NCBI GenBank assembly: GCA_965203055.1 | Contig: OZ241863.1 | Location: 448,001-512,000 of the forward strand | Direction of reading: 5' to 3' | DNA: 64,000 bases | From: Spirochaetia bacterium | Lineage (GTDB): Bacteria > Spirochaetota > Spirochaetia > SZUA-6 > Bin103 | In this document: piece after piece, positions 38,792 to 48,689 of the stretch | Layout of the letters: every line of letters begins with the position of its first letter | Position numbering within the stretch: the stretch's first letter is position 1 | Made by a program: the position numbers and the translations under genes | The notes under the pieces: model-generated | What the model saw: only the letters and a program-made list of their open reading frames with translations | What the model was told of the DNA's origin: nothing | Databases searched by the model: none

Positions 38792-40426
38792 AGGAAGGCA
38801 ACCTGTTTTTCGAACGATGCTATCGCTGATGCGGCGCGCGCAGGGCATCGTCAAGACGGTGCCGGCGGCTCGAGCGACCGTGGCGCCCGTATCCGGCGTT
38901 CATCGCTTTGGGCAGCATACGGAGACGCCTTGGGATGGATCAGCGAGCTGACCGATAAAGACGGACTCAGACGGAGGACCGATGGCGCGCCGCTGTCAGA
39001 GCCTGTGGCATGGACACGCCGGATCGGCGGTCGTGCCGGTATCAACGTGCGGCTTCCTCGTGGTTGCTACTCGGACGACTCGCAACTGCGGCTGGCGACC
39101 GGACGCGCCATCAGCGCGGGCGGTTTCGACGTGGAGGCTTTTGCCAAGGTCGAGCTTCCGGTATGGCTGAGCTACGCTCTTGGTGCGGGAAAATCCACGA
39201 CTGCGGCGGCGGAGAACCTTGCGAGACCGAGGTCTTCTTGGTACGCGAATCAATTCAAGGGTTGGACTGAATCGGGTGGAAATGGCGCGGCGATGCGCAT
39301 CCAGCCCCACGTGTGGGCTGCGCGGACACCGGACGATCCAGAGAGCTTTCTTCCGGATGTTGTGCGCAACGCGATCTGCACCCATTCGCATCCCACAGGT
39401 CTGATGGGAGCAGTGCTCCATGCACTGTGTGTCGGCCATGCGATAGCTGACGCACGTTGCCCAACTTCCAACGAGCTTGCCAAATCGATCGAAGTTGCTA
39501 AACGGCTACCGGAAATCATGGCGAATGACGTTGAATTCCGATACTGGCGCGTTGCATTTGAGCAGGTAGCAGGAGACCTTAGCGAAGCCTGGGACGTCGT
39601 GGTAGAAGATACACGGGGAGCAGTATGAATAGTCAACACAATCGCGAAGAACGTGACCCGAGACCGCTACAAAAACATGGTGAACGGGCTGCGTCTGCGT
39701 GATCCTGCGCGTCGAGGAAGCGGAATGCTTACGGCCGTGGCTGCTATCGCACTGACTTGGTGGGAGCCCCGCCCCGCGGAGGCAATGCGAATCGCCGCAA
39801 ACGAAGTCGGTACGGACACCGACACCATCGCGACGATGGCCGGCGCCATCGTCGGCGCCGTGGCGGACGCGGATCCACCGGTAGAAGTGATCGACGCCGA
39901 TCTCTTTCGTGCCGAGGCAGATCGATTGGCGGCGATTGCCGCCGGGGGCTACTCGCCGCCGAGTCACCGATATCCCGATCTGCTGCGCTGGTCGGCACCG
40001 GCATCGCGTGCTGACGCACTGATATCATCGAAGAATGGTCGCTTGAGGGTGTGTGGTCTAGGCGGCGTGTCGGAGGAAAAGAGCGAGCCGATCAAGTCCG
40101 CGCACGCAGGTTTCCTGTGGCAATGGATCAGGCTTGAGTACGGGCAGACCCTTCTGATCAAACGTCGTGTCAACGTACGATCCGTCGATGATGTAGACGA
40201 TGGAACGTCCGCTGCAGGAGGATCAAACGGACATGACGTCCGATCGAGGCAAGTGACTTCTGACAGGGGGGATCTGAATACGGTGCTCTCGTACGTAAAG
40301 GATCATATCGGCAGCGATGAGGAGATAGGGCGTGCGCTACGGCAGGTAGTGAACAAGAGCACACCAGGCGAAATTCACGAGTTCACAGGCAAGCTCATCG
40401 ATCTTATTCGTTCCGGGGCCCGGTGA
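38788..40426 (+). pseudogene. ADP-ribosylglycohydrolase (ARH/DraG family), inactivated
   Basis: GGAGG RBS and ATG 38788, frameshift near the T5 run at ~38806; LWAAYGDALG, YSDDSQL, GNGAAMRI, THSH, DTDTIATMAGAI; in-frame TGA at 39626-39628. Confidence 0.8.
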
Positions 40427-40464
40427 CTGTCTCGGTTGATGGCGGTCCGGTGCCGGCCTTGAAG

Positions 40465-40821
40465 TCAGCTGCCGCGGTAGGTGGTGTAGCTCCAGGGTGA
40501 GACCAGCAGGGGGACGTGGTAGTGGGTGTCGGCGGCGATGCCGAAGCGGATCGAGACCTGATCCAGGAACGGCGGATCAGGTAACGCCACGCCCGCGCCG
40601 GTGAAGTACTCGCCCACGTGGAACACCATCTCCCACCGGCCGGTGCGGAAGGCGTCCCCTGCGAGCAGCGGCGCGTCGCAGCGCCCGTCCTGATTGGTGC
40701 GGGCGGTCGCCACCAGGCGGCGTTCCGCGCCGGCGGAGCCGACGGCAAATAGCTCCACCCGGATGCCGGCGCCCGGCCGGCCCTGCGCGGTATCGAGGAC
40801 GTGGGTAGTGAGCTGGCCCAT
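40465..40821 (-). CDS. uraH: 5-hydroxyisourate hydrolase
   Basis: [38 protein letters not shown]. Confidence 0.97.
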   Translation of the reverse strand: MGQLTTHVLDTAQGRPGAGIRVELFAVGSAGAERRLVATARTNQDGRCDAPLLAGDAFRTGRWEMVFHVGEYFTGAGVALPDPPFLDQVSIRFGIAADTHYHVPLLVSPWSYTTYRGS

Positions 40822-40822
40822 T

Positions 40823-41674
40823 TCATTTCCTCCGCAGCGTCGCTTCGATCTGGCCGTTGGGTTCGTCGGTCGGCAGGAACAGCCGCCCCCGGGCGTCGCG
40901 GCCGAAGGCGGACAGATTGATCGCCAGGTAGTGGACGTTGGGCATCGCCAGCGTGATTTCGGTGATGGCCGGCGCCGCGGCCAGGGCGGCCTCTCCCATG
41001 CGGTAGAGGCTGTCCTGCACCGAGTGGCTGAAGGTGGCCGCGAAGACCCGCAGCAGGGCGGCGCGGATGGCGGCGGCGGTGCCGCTGAAGTCAACCCCCG
41101 GGCCGTGACCGGCGTCAGCGAAGCGCCACGCCGCGCGCAGCCGAGTGGCCAGGATACGGTCGGTGGTCGGCGCCAGGGTGGTGTACTCATCCTGCGGGAA
41201 GCCGGTAAATCCCGACTCGGTGGTCTTCATGATCGCCAGGTCGCGCACCCCGCCCACGATCTCGCGCGTGGACCGGGTGGCCGTGACGCGGGAGAACGGC
41301 GTCCCGCCTTCGGCGCGAACGAAGCTGTGATCGTGGGGCTGCCCGTCGATCCGCAGCCGGCCCCAGACCGTCTCTTCGACTTCGACCTGCGCTTCCGAGA
41401 CCTGCGGGTACCGATCCAGAAAGCACTGCGCGATCGCCAGCGCGAACGGCTCGTTGGCAGCATCGACGTGCTCGAAGGCCAGCACGTTTACCAGATTCTT
41501 CATCGTGTCGGTGGGTACCACGGAGGAATTGTCCGCCGCGGTGTAGGCGCGGGCGAAGTCGCCGTCCAGGGTCACCTTGACGCGCGCTTCGCGCACCTCG
41601 TGGCGCTGCCGGGCGCGTTGCACCCGCAGCACCCGCACGTTGGCCTTTCCATACTGCTGTCCAACAAACGGCAT
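40823..41674 (-). CDS. pucL: Factor-independent urate oxidase (uricase)
   Basis: [46 protein letters not shown]. Confidence 0.95.
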   Translation of the reverse strand: MPFVGQQYGKANVRVLRVQRARQRHEVREARVKVTLDGDFARAYTAADNSSVVPTDTMKNLVNVLAFEHVDAANEPFALAIAQCFLDRYPQVSEAQVEVEETVWGRLRIDGQPHDHSFVRAEGGTPFSRVTATRSTREIVGGVRDLAIMKTTESGFTGFPQDEYTTLAPTTDRILATRLRAAWRFADAGHGPGVDFSGTAAAIRAALLRVFAATFSHSVQDSLYRMGEAALAAAPAITEITLAMPNVHYLAINLSAFGRDARGRLFLPTDEPNGQIEATLRRK

Positions 41675-41686
41675 CGACGTTGCCCC

Positions 41687-41923
41687 TTAGCGTGAGAAGC
41701 CGTTGGCCGGGTGCATGCTCTGGACAGTGTCCGCCTCGGCCTGGGGCAGCTCGTTGCTGCAGTTCAGATCCTTGGGTCTCCTGCGAGCCGCTACCTTGAG
41801 CAACTCCCGTAATTCCCGTTCCGCCCTGGGATCAAGCGGCCGGCCGAGCCGGGGCTCCCCCTCGATACTTTCGATGAGATCTCGTTCCTCGTCGTCAAGA
41901 TAGGTGAGTGGTGAATCAGTCAT
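41687..41923 (-). CDS. Small hypothetical protein, possibly a truncated antitoxin
   Basis: AGGAGGAG RBS; LDDEERDLIESIE resembles the N-terminus of CopG/BrnA-like antitoxins, but no RHH part follows. Confidence 0.4.
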   Translation of the reverse strand: MTDSPLTYLDDEERDLIESIEGEPRLGRPLDPRAERELRELLKVAARRRPKDLNCSNELPQAEADTVQSMHPANGFSR

Positions 41924-41944
41924 TTCTCCTCCTTACCTGGCCGG

Positions 41945-42382
41945 TCAGGTCAGGTGTTCGATCTGGACGCCGCCCCAACGGGCGTCGAGGTATTCGGCGA
42001 CCAGGCGGCGGTGGCAGCGGTGCGGCTGATGCTCGCTGCACAGCAGGCAGCCGCCGTCCAGAAGCGCGCGCGGGATCGTCTCTGCCACCCGCCGCTCGCG
42101 CATCAGGTCCAGGAATCGCGCCTCGTAGGTGTCCCAATCGATGCGCTTCTTGCGGTAGTCGCTGAGCAGGGCCTGAGTGGGTGCGAGGCGCGGCTCGTGG
42201 ACGTAGTCGATGCCGCAGAGCTGATCCAGAAACCAGAACAAGTCGTCCTGCTTGGCGAAACCGGATAGCTGCGAGGTATTGTTGAGCCGTACGTCCAGCA
42301 CCCGTTTGACGCCCGATTCCCGGAGCAGTCCGAAGAACCGACGCGCGGACTTCCTGGTGAAGCCGATGGTGGCGATTCTCAC
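41945..42382 (-). CDS. DUF488 family protein
   Basis: TIGFT, VLDVRL, LLCSE..PHRCHRRLVAEYL. Confidence 0.9.
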   Translation of the reverse strand: MRIATIGFTRKSARRFFGLLRESGVKRVLDVRLNNTSQLSGFAKQDDLFWFLDQLCGIDYVHEPRLAPTQALLSDYRKKRIDWDTYEARFLDLMRERRVAETIPRALLDGGCLLCSEHQPHRCHRRLVAEYLDARWGGVQIEHLT

Positions 42383-42957
42383 GTCATCTCCTCGGCAACG
42401 AAGGCGACCCGCTGCGCCTGCCGCGCCAGCGCATGCGCGAGCAACTCCTCGCGTGATTGAAACAGATCGAACTGAATCAGGAGTCGGTCCAGCGTCTTCT
42501 CATGCGGTTCGAGCTCGCCATCGGCAAGGATGTGCGCGACCGCGACGCCCCGCGCCGCCAGCGCCGGGGCGACCAGCAGCGTGCGGTGACAGTCCAGCGG
42601 CTCCTTCTCGGCGCACATGAGCGCGGTGCGATGGCGCGCGGCGCTGTCCACGATCCGCGCCAGGCCGTCCCGAAACAAGCTGGTTCGGGCGACCAGCTCA
42701 TACCGAATCTGCCCGTCCCGGTAACAGGCGGGGTCGGCCGAGCGCCCGCCAAGCTCGCGCCCGAGGCAGGTATAGCGAATGCCGTGTTCCTTGAGCGCCG
42801 CGGACAACGCGTCTCGATTGAACTGCGGGCAGAAGCGGCTGAACGGCGCCGAACGCACGTCGGCCACGGCCGTGACGCCGTTGCTCGCCAACAGCTCCAG
42901 AAACGCTTCCAACGAGTGGTTGGAGTGGCCGATGGTGAGTACTTGGGGCGCGGTCAT
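42379..42957 (-). CDS. DUF488 family protein
   Basis: TIGHSNH, ADVRSAPFSR, LGRELGGR, LMCAEKEPLDCHR. Confidence 0.9.
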   Translation of the reverse strand: MTAPQVLTIGHSNHSLEAFLELLASNGVTAVADVRSAPFSRFCPQFNRDALSAALKEHGIRYTCLGRELGGRSADPACYRDGQIRYELVARTSLFRDGLARIVDSAARHRTALMCAEKEPLDCHRTLLVAPALAARGVAVAHILADGELEPHEKTLDRLLIQFDLFQSREELLAHALARQAQRVAFVAEEMT

Positions 42958-43643
42958 GATCGGCGATCGCATTCGATGATGGCAGCAATCAGCTTGTAGC
43001 GGAACTGCTGGTATCGTTCACCGAGGCTGATGGTCAGGTAGCACTCCCCGAGGTCATAGCCGCCGTCCAGCTTGGCGAGGTATTCGCGCTCGTACACCGG
43101 ATCGGTAACCCACAGCGCATAGTCCGCGCCGGCGTGGGAGAACCGCCCCTGCACGCGGCGTTTGCGGTTGCCGAATGCCTCCCCGGGGCTGAACACGACG
43201 AGCCTGATTCGCTCGGCGTGGACCAGGCGCAACGAACCGGACGGCGGCCGCATCGACTCTTCCGGTATCCGGTCGTTGCGCCCGTGGTAGGTGTGGCAAC
43301 CGTCGATCCAGAGCGGCGCCACCGGATCCCCCAGGGCCGGCAGATCGAACCACGACCACGTTCCCTCCTTGCGCCAGTAGCGGTCGGGGTCGAGCAACCA
43401 GTTTTCGGTTTGCCATCGATCCGGCCGCGGCTCCAGTACCGGCAGGCTGATGATGTCCAGCACCCGGGGGTCGCCGCCGTCCTCGTACTGGCGCTCATAT
43501 TCGGACACTTCCTGCCCGGGGCGGCCGCTCACCGGGCGGATCCAGTTACCGACCTGCCGGCCCGCCAGTTCGCGGCCGGCAATGCAGCGCCCGGCCAGCT
43601 TGCGCGAGTTCGCAAGGCACACCATTCGCTTGCGGTCGATCAT
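42954..43643 (-). CDS. Dual-OB-fold-type protein
   Basis: VCLANSRKLAGRCIAG..WIRPVS, QTENW, SLRLV, Y.LWVTDP, LTISLGE..YKLIAAII. Confidence 0.75.
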   Translation of the reverse strand: MIDRKRMVCLANSRKLAGRCIAGRELAGRQVGNWIRPVSGRPGQEVSEYERQYEDGGDPRVLDIISLPVLEPRPDRWQTENWLLDPDRYWRKEGTWSWFDLPALGDPVAPLWIDGCHTYHGRNDRIPEESMRPPSGSLRLVHAERIRLVVFSPGEAFGNRKRRVQGRFSHAGADYALWVTDPVYEREYLAKLDGGYDLGECYLTISLGERYQQFRYKLIAAIIECDRRS

Positions 43644-44884
43644 GGCCCGGCGCCCTCCGCCGCCCGGATCACGAGGCGCAGCTCGCTGTCGTCGATCAGC
43701 CGATACTCCGGCAGCCGCCCGGACAGCTCGCGGCATTCCCGGCGAATGATCGGCACCCCGTCGCCGCGCGTGTCCATCAGCCGCGTGCGGCCCACGCCGG
43801 ACGGCGCCGCGCAACGGGCCAGCAGCGACACGATCAACTCGTTCCGGTTCGCTTGGCGCAGGTGCAGGCTGTCCGGCGTGAGGCTGTTGACCAGCCCGCC
43901 GGGGACGTACAGCTCCAGGCGGTCGCCGAACAGGTGCAGGCGCACCCGGGCGCCCGCGATCGAGTAGTCGCGGTGCGCGACGGCGTTCACGATCGCCTCG
44001 AATACGGCGCGTTCGCTGAACTGGGGACGCTCCGAACGGGCAGTCTCCTTGGTTGCGCGGACCAGCATGTTGCGCCGTACGAAGTGCAGCGCTTCCGCGA
44101 TCTGCTCGTCCAGCGGCCCGCCGAGGTCGCGGGCGTCGGTCTGGTAGTTGGCGGCGGTCCGCTCGCCGGCATAGCTGACCGCCTGAATGTACGCGTGGGG
44201 CAGCCACCGCTGCGGGTCCGCGGTGCAGAGCAGCACGCCGGCGAGGGTCAGCCGCGCCCGTCCGTCCGGGTCATCGGCGACGATGCGGAGCTTACGCAAC
44301 TGGTCGTCAGGGTCAGCCGGAGAGTCGTCGAGGTCGCCGCGCACGAACCGCTGCGCCAGCGAGTAGTGCAGATCGGCCGGGGCGGTGGCCGGCACGATCG
44401 ATTCATCGAACCGGATCACTCGACTCTGGCTGCGTTGCTGGAACAACCGTGCGAGCACCTCCGGCGCCAGTTCTCGCTTGGAGCTGCCGATCCGGTGGAA
44501 GTAGCCGCCCGGGCTCTTGTGCACGAACAAGCTGCGTTCGACGTCGACGCGCAGCACCGCGCCGGTCCCGCCCTCCGCGGGCTCCAACTCCTGCTTGCGG
44601 ATGTCGGCATCGAGCGCCGGTTGCACCAGGTCGTTGCAGATTTCTCGCACCCAGCTCTCCACTACGTCCAGGTCGTCCAGCGGGATGCCTTGGATGCGCC
44701 GCGTGTTGTCGTCCACGCCGACGATCAGCGTGCCGCCGCGGCTGTTGGCAAACGCCGCCAGTTCGTCAGCCAGCGCGCGCCGCTCCGGGGCACGGACTCT
44801 GCCACCGGTGACGTGAACGCTCTTGAACTCCAGCCGCGCATCCTCGCCCAAGCGGATGCGCCGCGCAAGATCGCGGTCGGCCAT
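43640..44884 (-). CDS. AlbA_2 (Schlafen-like) domain protein with HATPase_c_4 C-terminus
   Basis: GEDARLEFK, LAAFANSRGGTLIVGVDD; EAIVNAVAHRDYS..DRLELYVPGGL..RN. Confidence 0.88.
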   Translation of the reverse strand: MADRDLARRIRLGEDARLEFKSVHVTGGRVRAPERRALADELAAFANSRGGTLIVGVDDNTRRIQGIPLDDLDVVESWVREICNDLVQPALDADIRKQELEPAEGGTGAVLRVDVERSLFVHKSPGGYFHRIGSSKRELAPEVLARLFQQRSQSRVIRFDESIVPATAPADLHYSLAQRFVRGDLDDSPADPDDQLRKLRIVADDPDGRARLTLAGVLLCTADPQRWLPHAYIQAVSYAGERTAANYQTDARDLGGPLDEQIAEALHFVRRNMLVRATKETARSERPQFSERAVFEAIVNAVAHRDYSIAGARVRLHLFGDRLELYVPGGLVNSLTPDSLHLRQANRNELIVSLLARCAAPSGVGRTRLMDTRGDGVPIIRRECRELSGRLPEYRLIDDSELRLVIRAAEGAGP

Positions 44885-44897
44885 CGCGGTGGGGATT

Positions 44898-46757
44898 CTA
44901 CGGTATCACGGGGACGTGCGCGAAGCGGGTGACGTCGACCAGGCCGAGATCGGAGATGCGCAGCTCGGGGATGACCACCAGGGCGAGCAGGCTGAGCTGC
45001 ATGTAGCCATTGTTGAGCGCGCAGCCGCAGTCGCGCATCGCCTGCATCACGCGCGCCGACTTGGCCGCGACCGCCTCGGCGCGCTCGGTGGACATCAGGC
45101 CGCCGACCGGCAGCTCCACCAGCGCGGTTACCCGGCCCGCGCGCACCACCACCACCCCGCCGCCCGCGGCGGCCAGCGCATTCACCGCCTGCGCCATGTC
45201 GCCGGCGCAGGTGCCGGCCACCAGCAGGTGATGACTGTCGTGGGCCACCGTCGAGGCAACGGCGCAACGGCCCCGGAACCCGAATCCCTTCACGAAGCCG
45301 TTCACCACCGTACCCGCCCCGCGGTGGCGCTCCACCAGCGCCAGCGGCAGCACGTCATTCGCCGGATCGGGCTGCACCGCGCCGTCAATCACCGTCAGGG
45401 CGGCGGTCAGATGACGGGTCGGCGCCTGGTTCTCCAGCACGCCGATGACGTTGGCCGTCACCGTGCCGTCCGCCTGCCCCGCAGGCACCACGAAGTCCGC
45501 CGCGGCCACCGGGCGGGCAAGGCGCACCGACTGCCGGAACCGCGGCTCATGCTGCCAGACGGGCAGCTCCAACAGCAGGCGGCCCGCTTCGGCGGCCACC
45601 TCGCCGTTGACGATCACCAGGCCGGCGGCAAAGTGGTCCAGGCTGTCGGCCACCACCAGGTCGGCATAACGCCCCGGAGCCAGGCTCCCCAGGTCGCGCT
45701 CCACGCCGAAGTGCTCGGCGGTATTGATGGTCATCATCTGCAGCGCCACCAGCGGATCGCACCCCAGCTCCACCGCGTGGCGCAGCACCCGGTCCATGTG
45801 CCCCTCCTGCACCAGGGTGGCGGCGTGCACGTCGTCGGTGCACAGGATGAACCGGCGCGGGTCCAGGCCGCGCTCCGTCACCGCGGTGATCTGCGCAGCT
45901 ACGTCGTGCCAGGCCGAACCGAGCCGCAGCATCGGGCGCAGGCCGCGGCGGGCGCGCTCCACCGCATCGACCTCGCGCGTGTTCTCGTGATCGTCGGCCG
46001 GACCGCCGGCCAGGTAACCATGAAACGGGCGCCCCAGATCGGGACTGGCGTAGTGGCCGCCGACCGTCTTGCCGGCGCGCATGGCGGCCGCCACTTCCGC
46101 ATGCATGGCCGGGTCGTTGGCGGCCAGGCCGGGGAAGTTCATCATCTCGCCCAGTCCGATGACGCCCGGCCACGTCATCGCTTCTTCCACCTCGCGCGGG
46201 GTGATCACCGCGCCCGGCGTCTCCAGTCCCGGCGCCGAGGGCACGCAGGAGGGCATCTGCAGGAACACGTGGATCGGCATGGCGGCCGCCTCGGCCAGCA
46301 TCATGCGCACGCCGTCGAGGCCGAACACGTTGGCGATCTCGTGCGGGTCGGCGAACAGCGCGGTGGTGCCGTGCGGCAGCACCGCGCGCACGTACTCGGT
46401 AATGGTGCACATGCTGCTTTCCACGTGCATGTGGCCGTCGGTCAGCCCCGGCACCAGGAAGCGGCCCTCCGCCTCCAGCACGCGGGTGCCGGCGCCGGTG
46501 CAGTAGCCGGCATCCTCCACGACGCAGGCGATGCGCCCGCAACTCACCGCAATGTCGATCCCCTCCACCACCTCGCGGGTGAGCACGTTCACCCAGCGGC
46601 CGTTGCGAATCACCAAGTCCGCCGGCGCCCGCCCGGCGGCCACGTCCACCAGCCGGGTCGCTGCCTCGTGCCATGCTCTGCGCTGCCGCATCGGCGCCGA
46701 TGGTAACCTGAAACTGCGGCGGCGGTCTCGCCGGCTTGCGCCGGCTGGGCGGCCCAT
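44898..46757 (-). CDS. ade: Adenine deaminase
   Basis: PGLTDGHMHVESS, DPHEIANV, GLGEMMNFPG, DDHE, CTDD, STVAHDSH. Confidence 0.95.
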   Translation of the reverse strand: MGRPAGASRRDRRRSFRLPSAPMRQRRAWHEAATRLVDVAAGRAPADLVIRNGRWVNVLTREVVEGIDIAVSCGRIACVVEDAGYCTGAGTRVLEAEGRFLVPGLTDGHMHVESSMCTITEYVRAVLPHGTTALFADPHEIANVFGLDGVRMMLAEAAAMPIHVFLQMPSCVPSAPGLETPGAVITPREVEEAMTWPGVIGLGEMMNFPGLAANDPAMHAEVAAAMRAGKTVGGHYASPDLGRPFHGYLAGGPADDHENTREVDAVERARRGLRPMLRLGSAWHDVAAQITAVTERGLDPRRFILCTDDVHAATLVQEGHMDRVLRHAVELGCDPLVALQMMTINTAEHFGVERDLGSLAPGRYADLVVADSLDHFAAGLVIVNGEVAAEAGRLLLELPVWQHEPRFRQSVRLARPVAAADFVVPAGQADGTVTANVIGVLENQAPTRHLTAALTVIDGAVQPDPANDVLPLALVERHRGAGTVVNGFVKGFGFRGRCAVASTVAHDSHHLLVAGTCAGDMAQAVNALAAAGGGVVVVRAGRVTALVELPVGGLMSTERAEAVAAKSARVMQAMRDCGCALNNGYMQLSLLALVVIPELRISDLGLVDVTRFAHVPVIP

Positions 46758-48106
46758 CAGTCTGCCAGCCGGTCAGCAGCCCGGTCCCAGACCGGGCGCC
46801 CGGCGACGTAGGTGGCGCGCACCGCGCGCTCGTCGCCGAGGATCGCCAGGGCGAACAGGGTGTCCTCCAGCCCTCGCGACAGTGCCGCGCGGTCCTTCAG
46901 CTCCGGCGTGGCGGCGGGATCGAGCACCACGAGGTCCGCCCAGCGGTCCGGTTCGAGCATGCCGATTTCCTGCTCCAGTCCGAGTTGCACCGCGTTGCCG
47001 CGGGTGGCCAGATGGAACAGATCGTGGGCGCTGAGCATGTGCCCGCGCAGCAGCGCCACCTTGTAGGCCTCCCCCATGGTGCGCAGCATCGAGTAGCTGG
47101 TGCCGCCGCCCACGTCGGTGGCGAGGCCGATGCCCACCGGGCGGGCCGAGTCGCCAAGGCGCCTGAGGTCGAACAGGCCGGAGCCGAGGAAGGTGTTGGA
47201 GGTGGGGCAGTGCACGACGGTGGCGCCCGCTTCCGCCAGGCGCGCGCACTCCCGCTCCGCCAGATGAACGCCGTGAGCGAAGAGGCTGCGCGGGCCGAGC
47301 AGACCGCAGCGGTCGTACACGTCGGTGTAGTCCCGCGCCCACGGAAAGTCGCGCCGCACCGCCGCGATCTCCGGCAGGCTCTCGGAGAGGTGGCTGTGCA
47401 CGTAGCACTCGGGGTGCCGCGCGGCCAGCTCGCCGGCGGCGCGGAGCTGCGCGGCGCTGGAGGTGACCGCGAAACGCACCGTAATGGCGTAGCGCAGCCG
47501 CCCGCGGCCATGCCAGCGTTCGAGCAGCGCCTCGCTGTCGCTTGCCCCGCGCTCAGGAGTGTCGCGCAAGGCCGCCGGCGCATTGCGGTCCATCATCGTC
47601 TTGCCGGTCACCAGCGCCAGGCCGCGCCGTTCGGCGGCTGCCAGCAGCGCCTCGGTCGCGCCGCGATGCACGGTGGAAAACACCACCGCGGCGGTGGTGC
47701 CGTGCCGCGCCAGGCGGTCGAGGAACACCTCCGCCGCGGCGCGCGCGTGGGCCGGCGCCGCGTAGCGGCTCTCTTCCGGGAAGGTGAAGCGCTCCAGCCA
47801 GTCGAGCAGGTTGCGGCCGGGGGCGGCGAGCATGCGGTACTGCGGAAAGTGAACGTGCGCGTCGATCAGCCCCGGCAGCACCAGCGCCGCCCCATGGTCG
47901 TCCACCGGCAGTGAGCGGAACCGCTCCGGCAGGCGCGCCGCGGGCCCGCGCCAAGCGATGCGGCCGGCGCCGTCCACGGCCACGGCCCCGCGGCGGAAGA
48001 ACTGCACCGCGCTCTCCGGCGCGACGCCCTCCGGCGCGGCGCCGGGGGCGGCGCGGTAGGTCAACACCGCGCCGCGCACCACCCTTGCGGCGGCGCCGGC
48101 GTTCAC
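46757..48106 (-). CDS. guaD: Guanine deaminase
   Basis: PGLIDAHVHFPQ, LLDWLERFTFPEE, HSHLSE, HCPTSNTFLGSG, TDVGGGTS. Confidence 0.95.
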   Translation of the reverse strand: MNAGAAARVVRGAVLTYRAAPGAAPEGVAPESAVQFFRRGAVAVDGAGRIAWRGPAARLPERFRSLPVDDHGAALVLPGLIDAHVHFPQYRMLAAPGRNLLDWLERFTFPEESRYAAPAHARAAAEVFLDRLARHGTTAAVVFSTVHRGATEALLAAAERRGLALVTGKTMMDRNAPAALRDTPERGASDSEALLERWHGRGRLRYAITVRFAVTSSAAQLRAAGELAARHPECYVHSHLSESLPEIAAVRRDFPWARDYTDVYDRCGLLGPRSLFAHGVHLAERECARLAEAGATVVHCPTSNTFLGSGLFDLRRLGDSARPVGIGLATDVGGGTSYSMLRTMGEAYKVALLRGHMLSAHDLFHLATRGNAVQLGLEQEIGMLEPDRWADLVVLDPAATPELKDRAALSRGLEDTLFALAILGDERAVRATYVAGRPVWDRAADRLAD

Positions 48107-48663
48107 GGCGCGACCCGAGCTTCGAGCCGAAAGCGGAGGATGCGCTCGACGTTGGCCAGCGCCAGGGCGCGTTCGGCGGCCGCGGAATGGTCGATCCGCT
48201 CCTCGAACGCGGCCAGGATCGCCTCCTTGGCGGCGCCCTTCACGGCGAAGATGAACGGAAAGCCGAACCGTTTGCGGTAGCGCGCGTTCAGGTCGGCGAA
48301 GCGGGCGAACTCGGCGCGGGTAAGGCGGTCGAGACCCGCGCCGGCCTGCTCGCGCCGTGAGGCCTCGGCGACGCCCTTCGCGGCGGCGCCGCCGGCCACC
48401 GCGGCGCGGTCGGCCAAGTCGGGGTGGGCGCGCAGCAGCGCGAGCTGGGCGTTTGCCGGCGCGGCCCGCACCGCGCCGGCAAACGCCGCGATCAGGGCCT
48501 CGCGATGCGCGAACGGGCGCGCTGCGGCTGCCGCCGCAGCGACCCAGGGAGAATGTTCCGCCACGTCACCGAAGCAGGCGGTGAATGCCTCGTCATCCAG
48601 CGCATTGACCGCTTCGATGGACAAGGGTGGGGCCGGCGGCCCCCCGCCCGCCGCCACTGCCAT
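48103..48663 (-). CDS. uraD: OHCU decarboxylase
   Basis: EHSPWVA, LLRAHPDL, SRREQAGAGL, YRKRFGFPFIFAVKG. Confidence 0.93.
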   Translation of the reverse strand: MAVAAGGGPPAPPLSIEAVNALDDEAFTACFGDVAEHSPWVAAAAAAARPFAHREALIAAFAGAVRAAPANAQLALLRAHPDLADRAAVAGGAAAKGVAEASRREQAGAGLDRLTRAEFARFADLNARYRKRFGFPFIFAVKGAAKEAILAAFEERIDHSAAAERALALANVERILRFRLEARVAP

Positions 48664-48689
48664 GCGCAGCCGCTGATCGGGCCGGCGCG

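Noticed and set aside
39626..39628. Selenocysteine or read-through TGA in the ARH gene
   Set aside because: The site is not catalytic and the gene has a second lesion, so simple nonsense decay is more likely.
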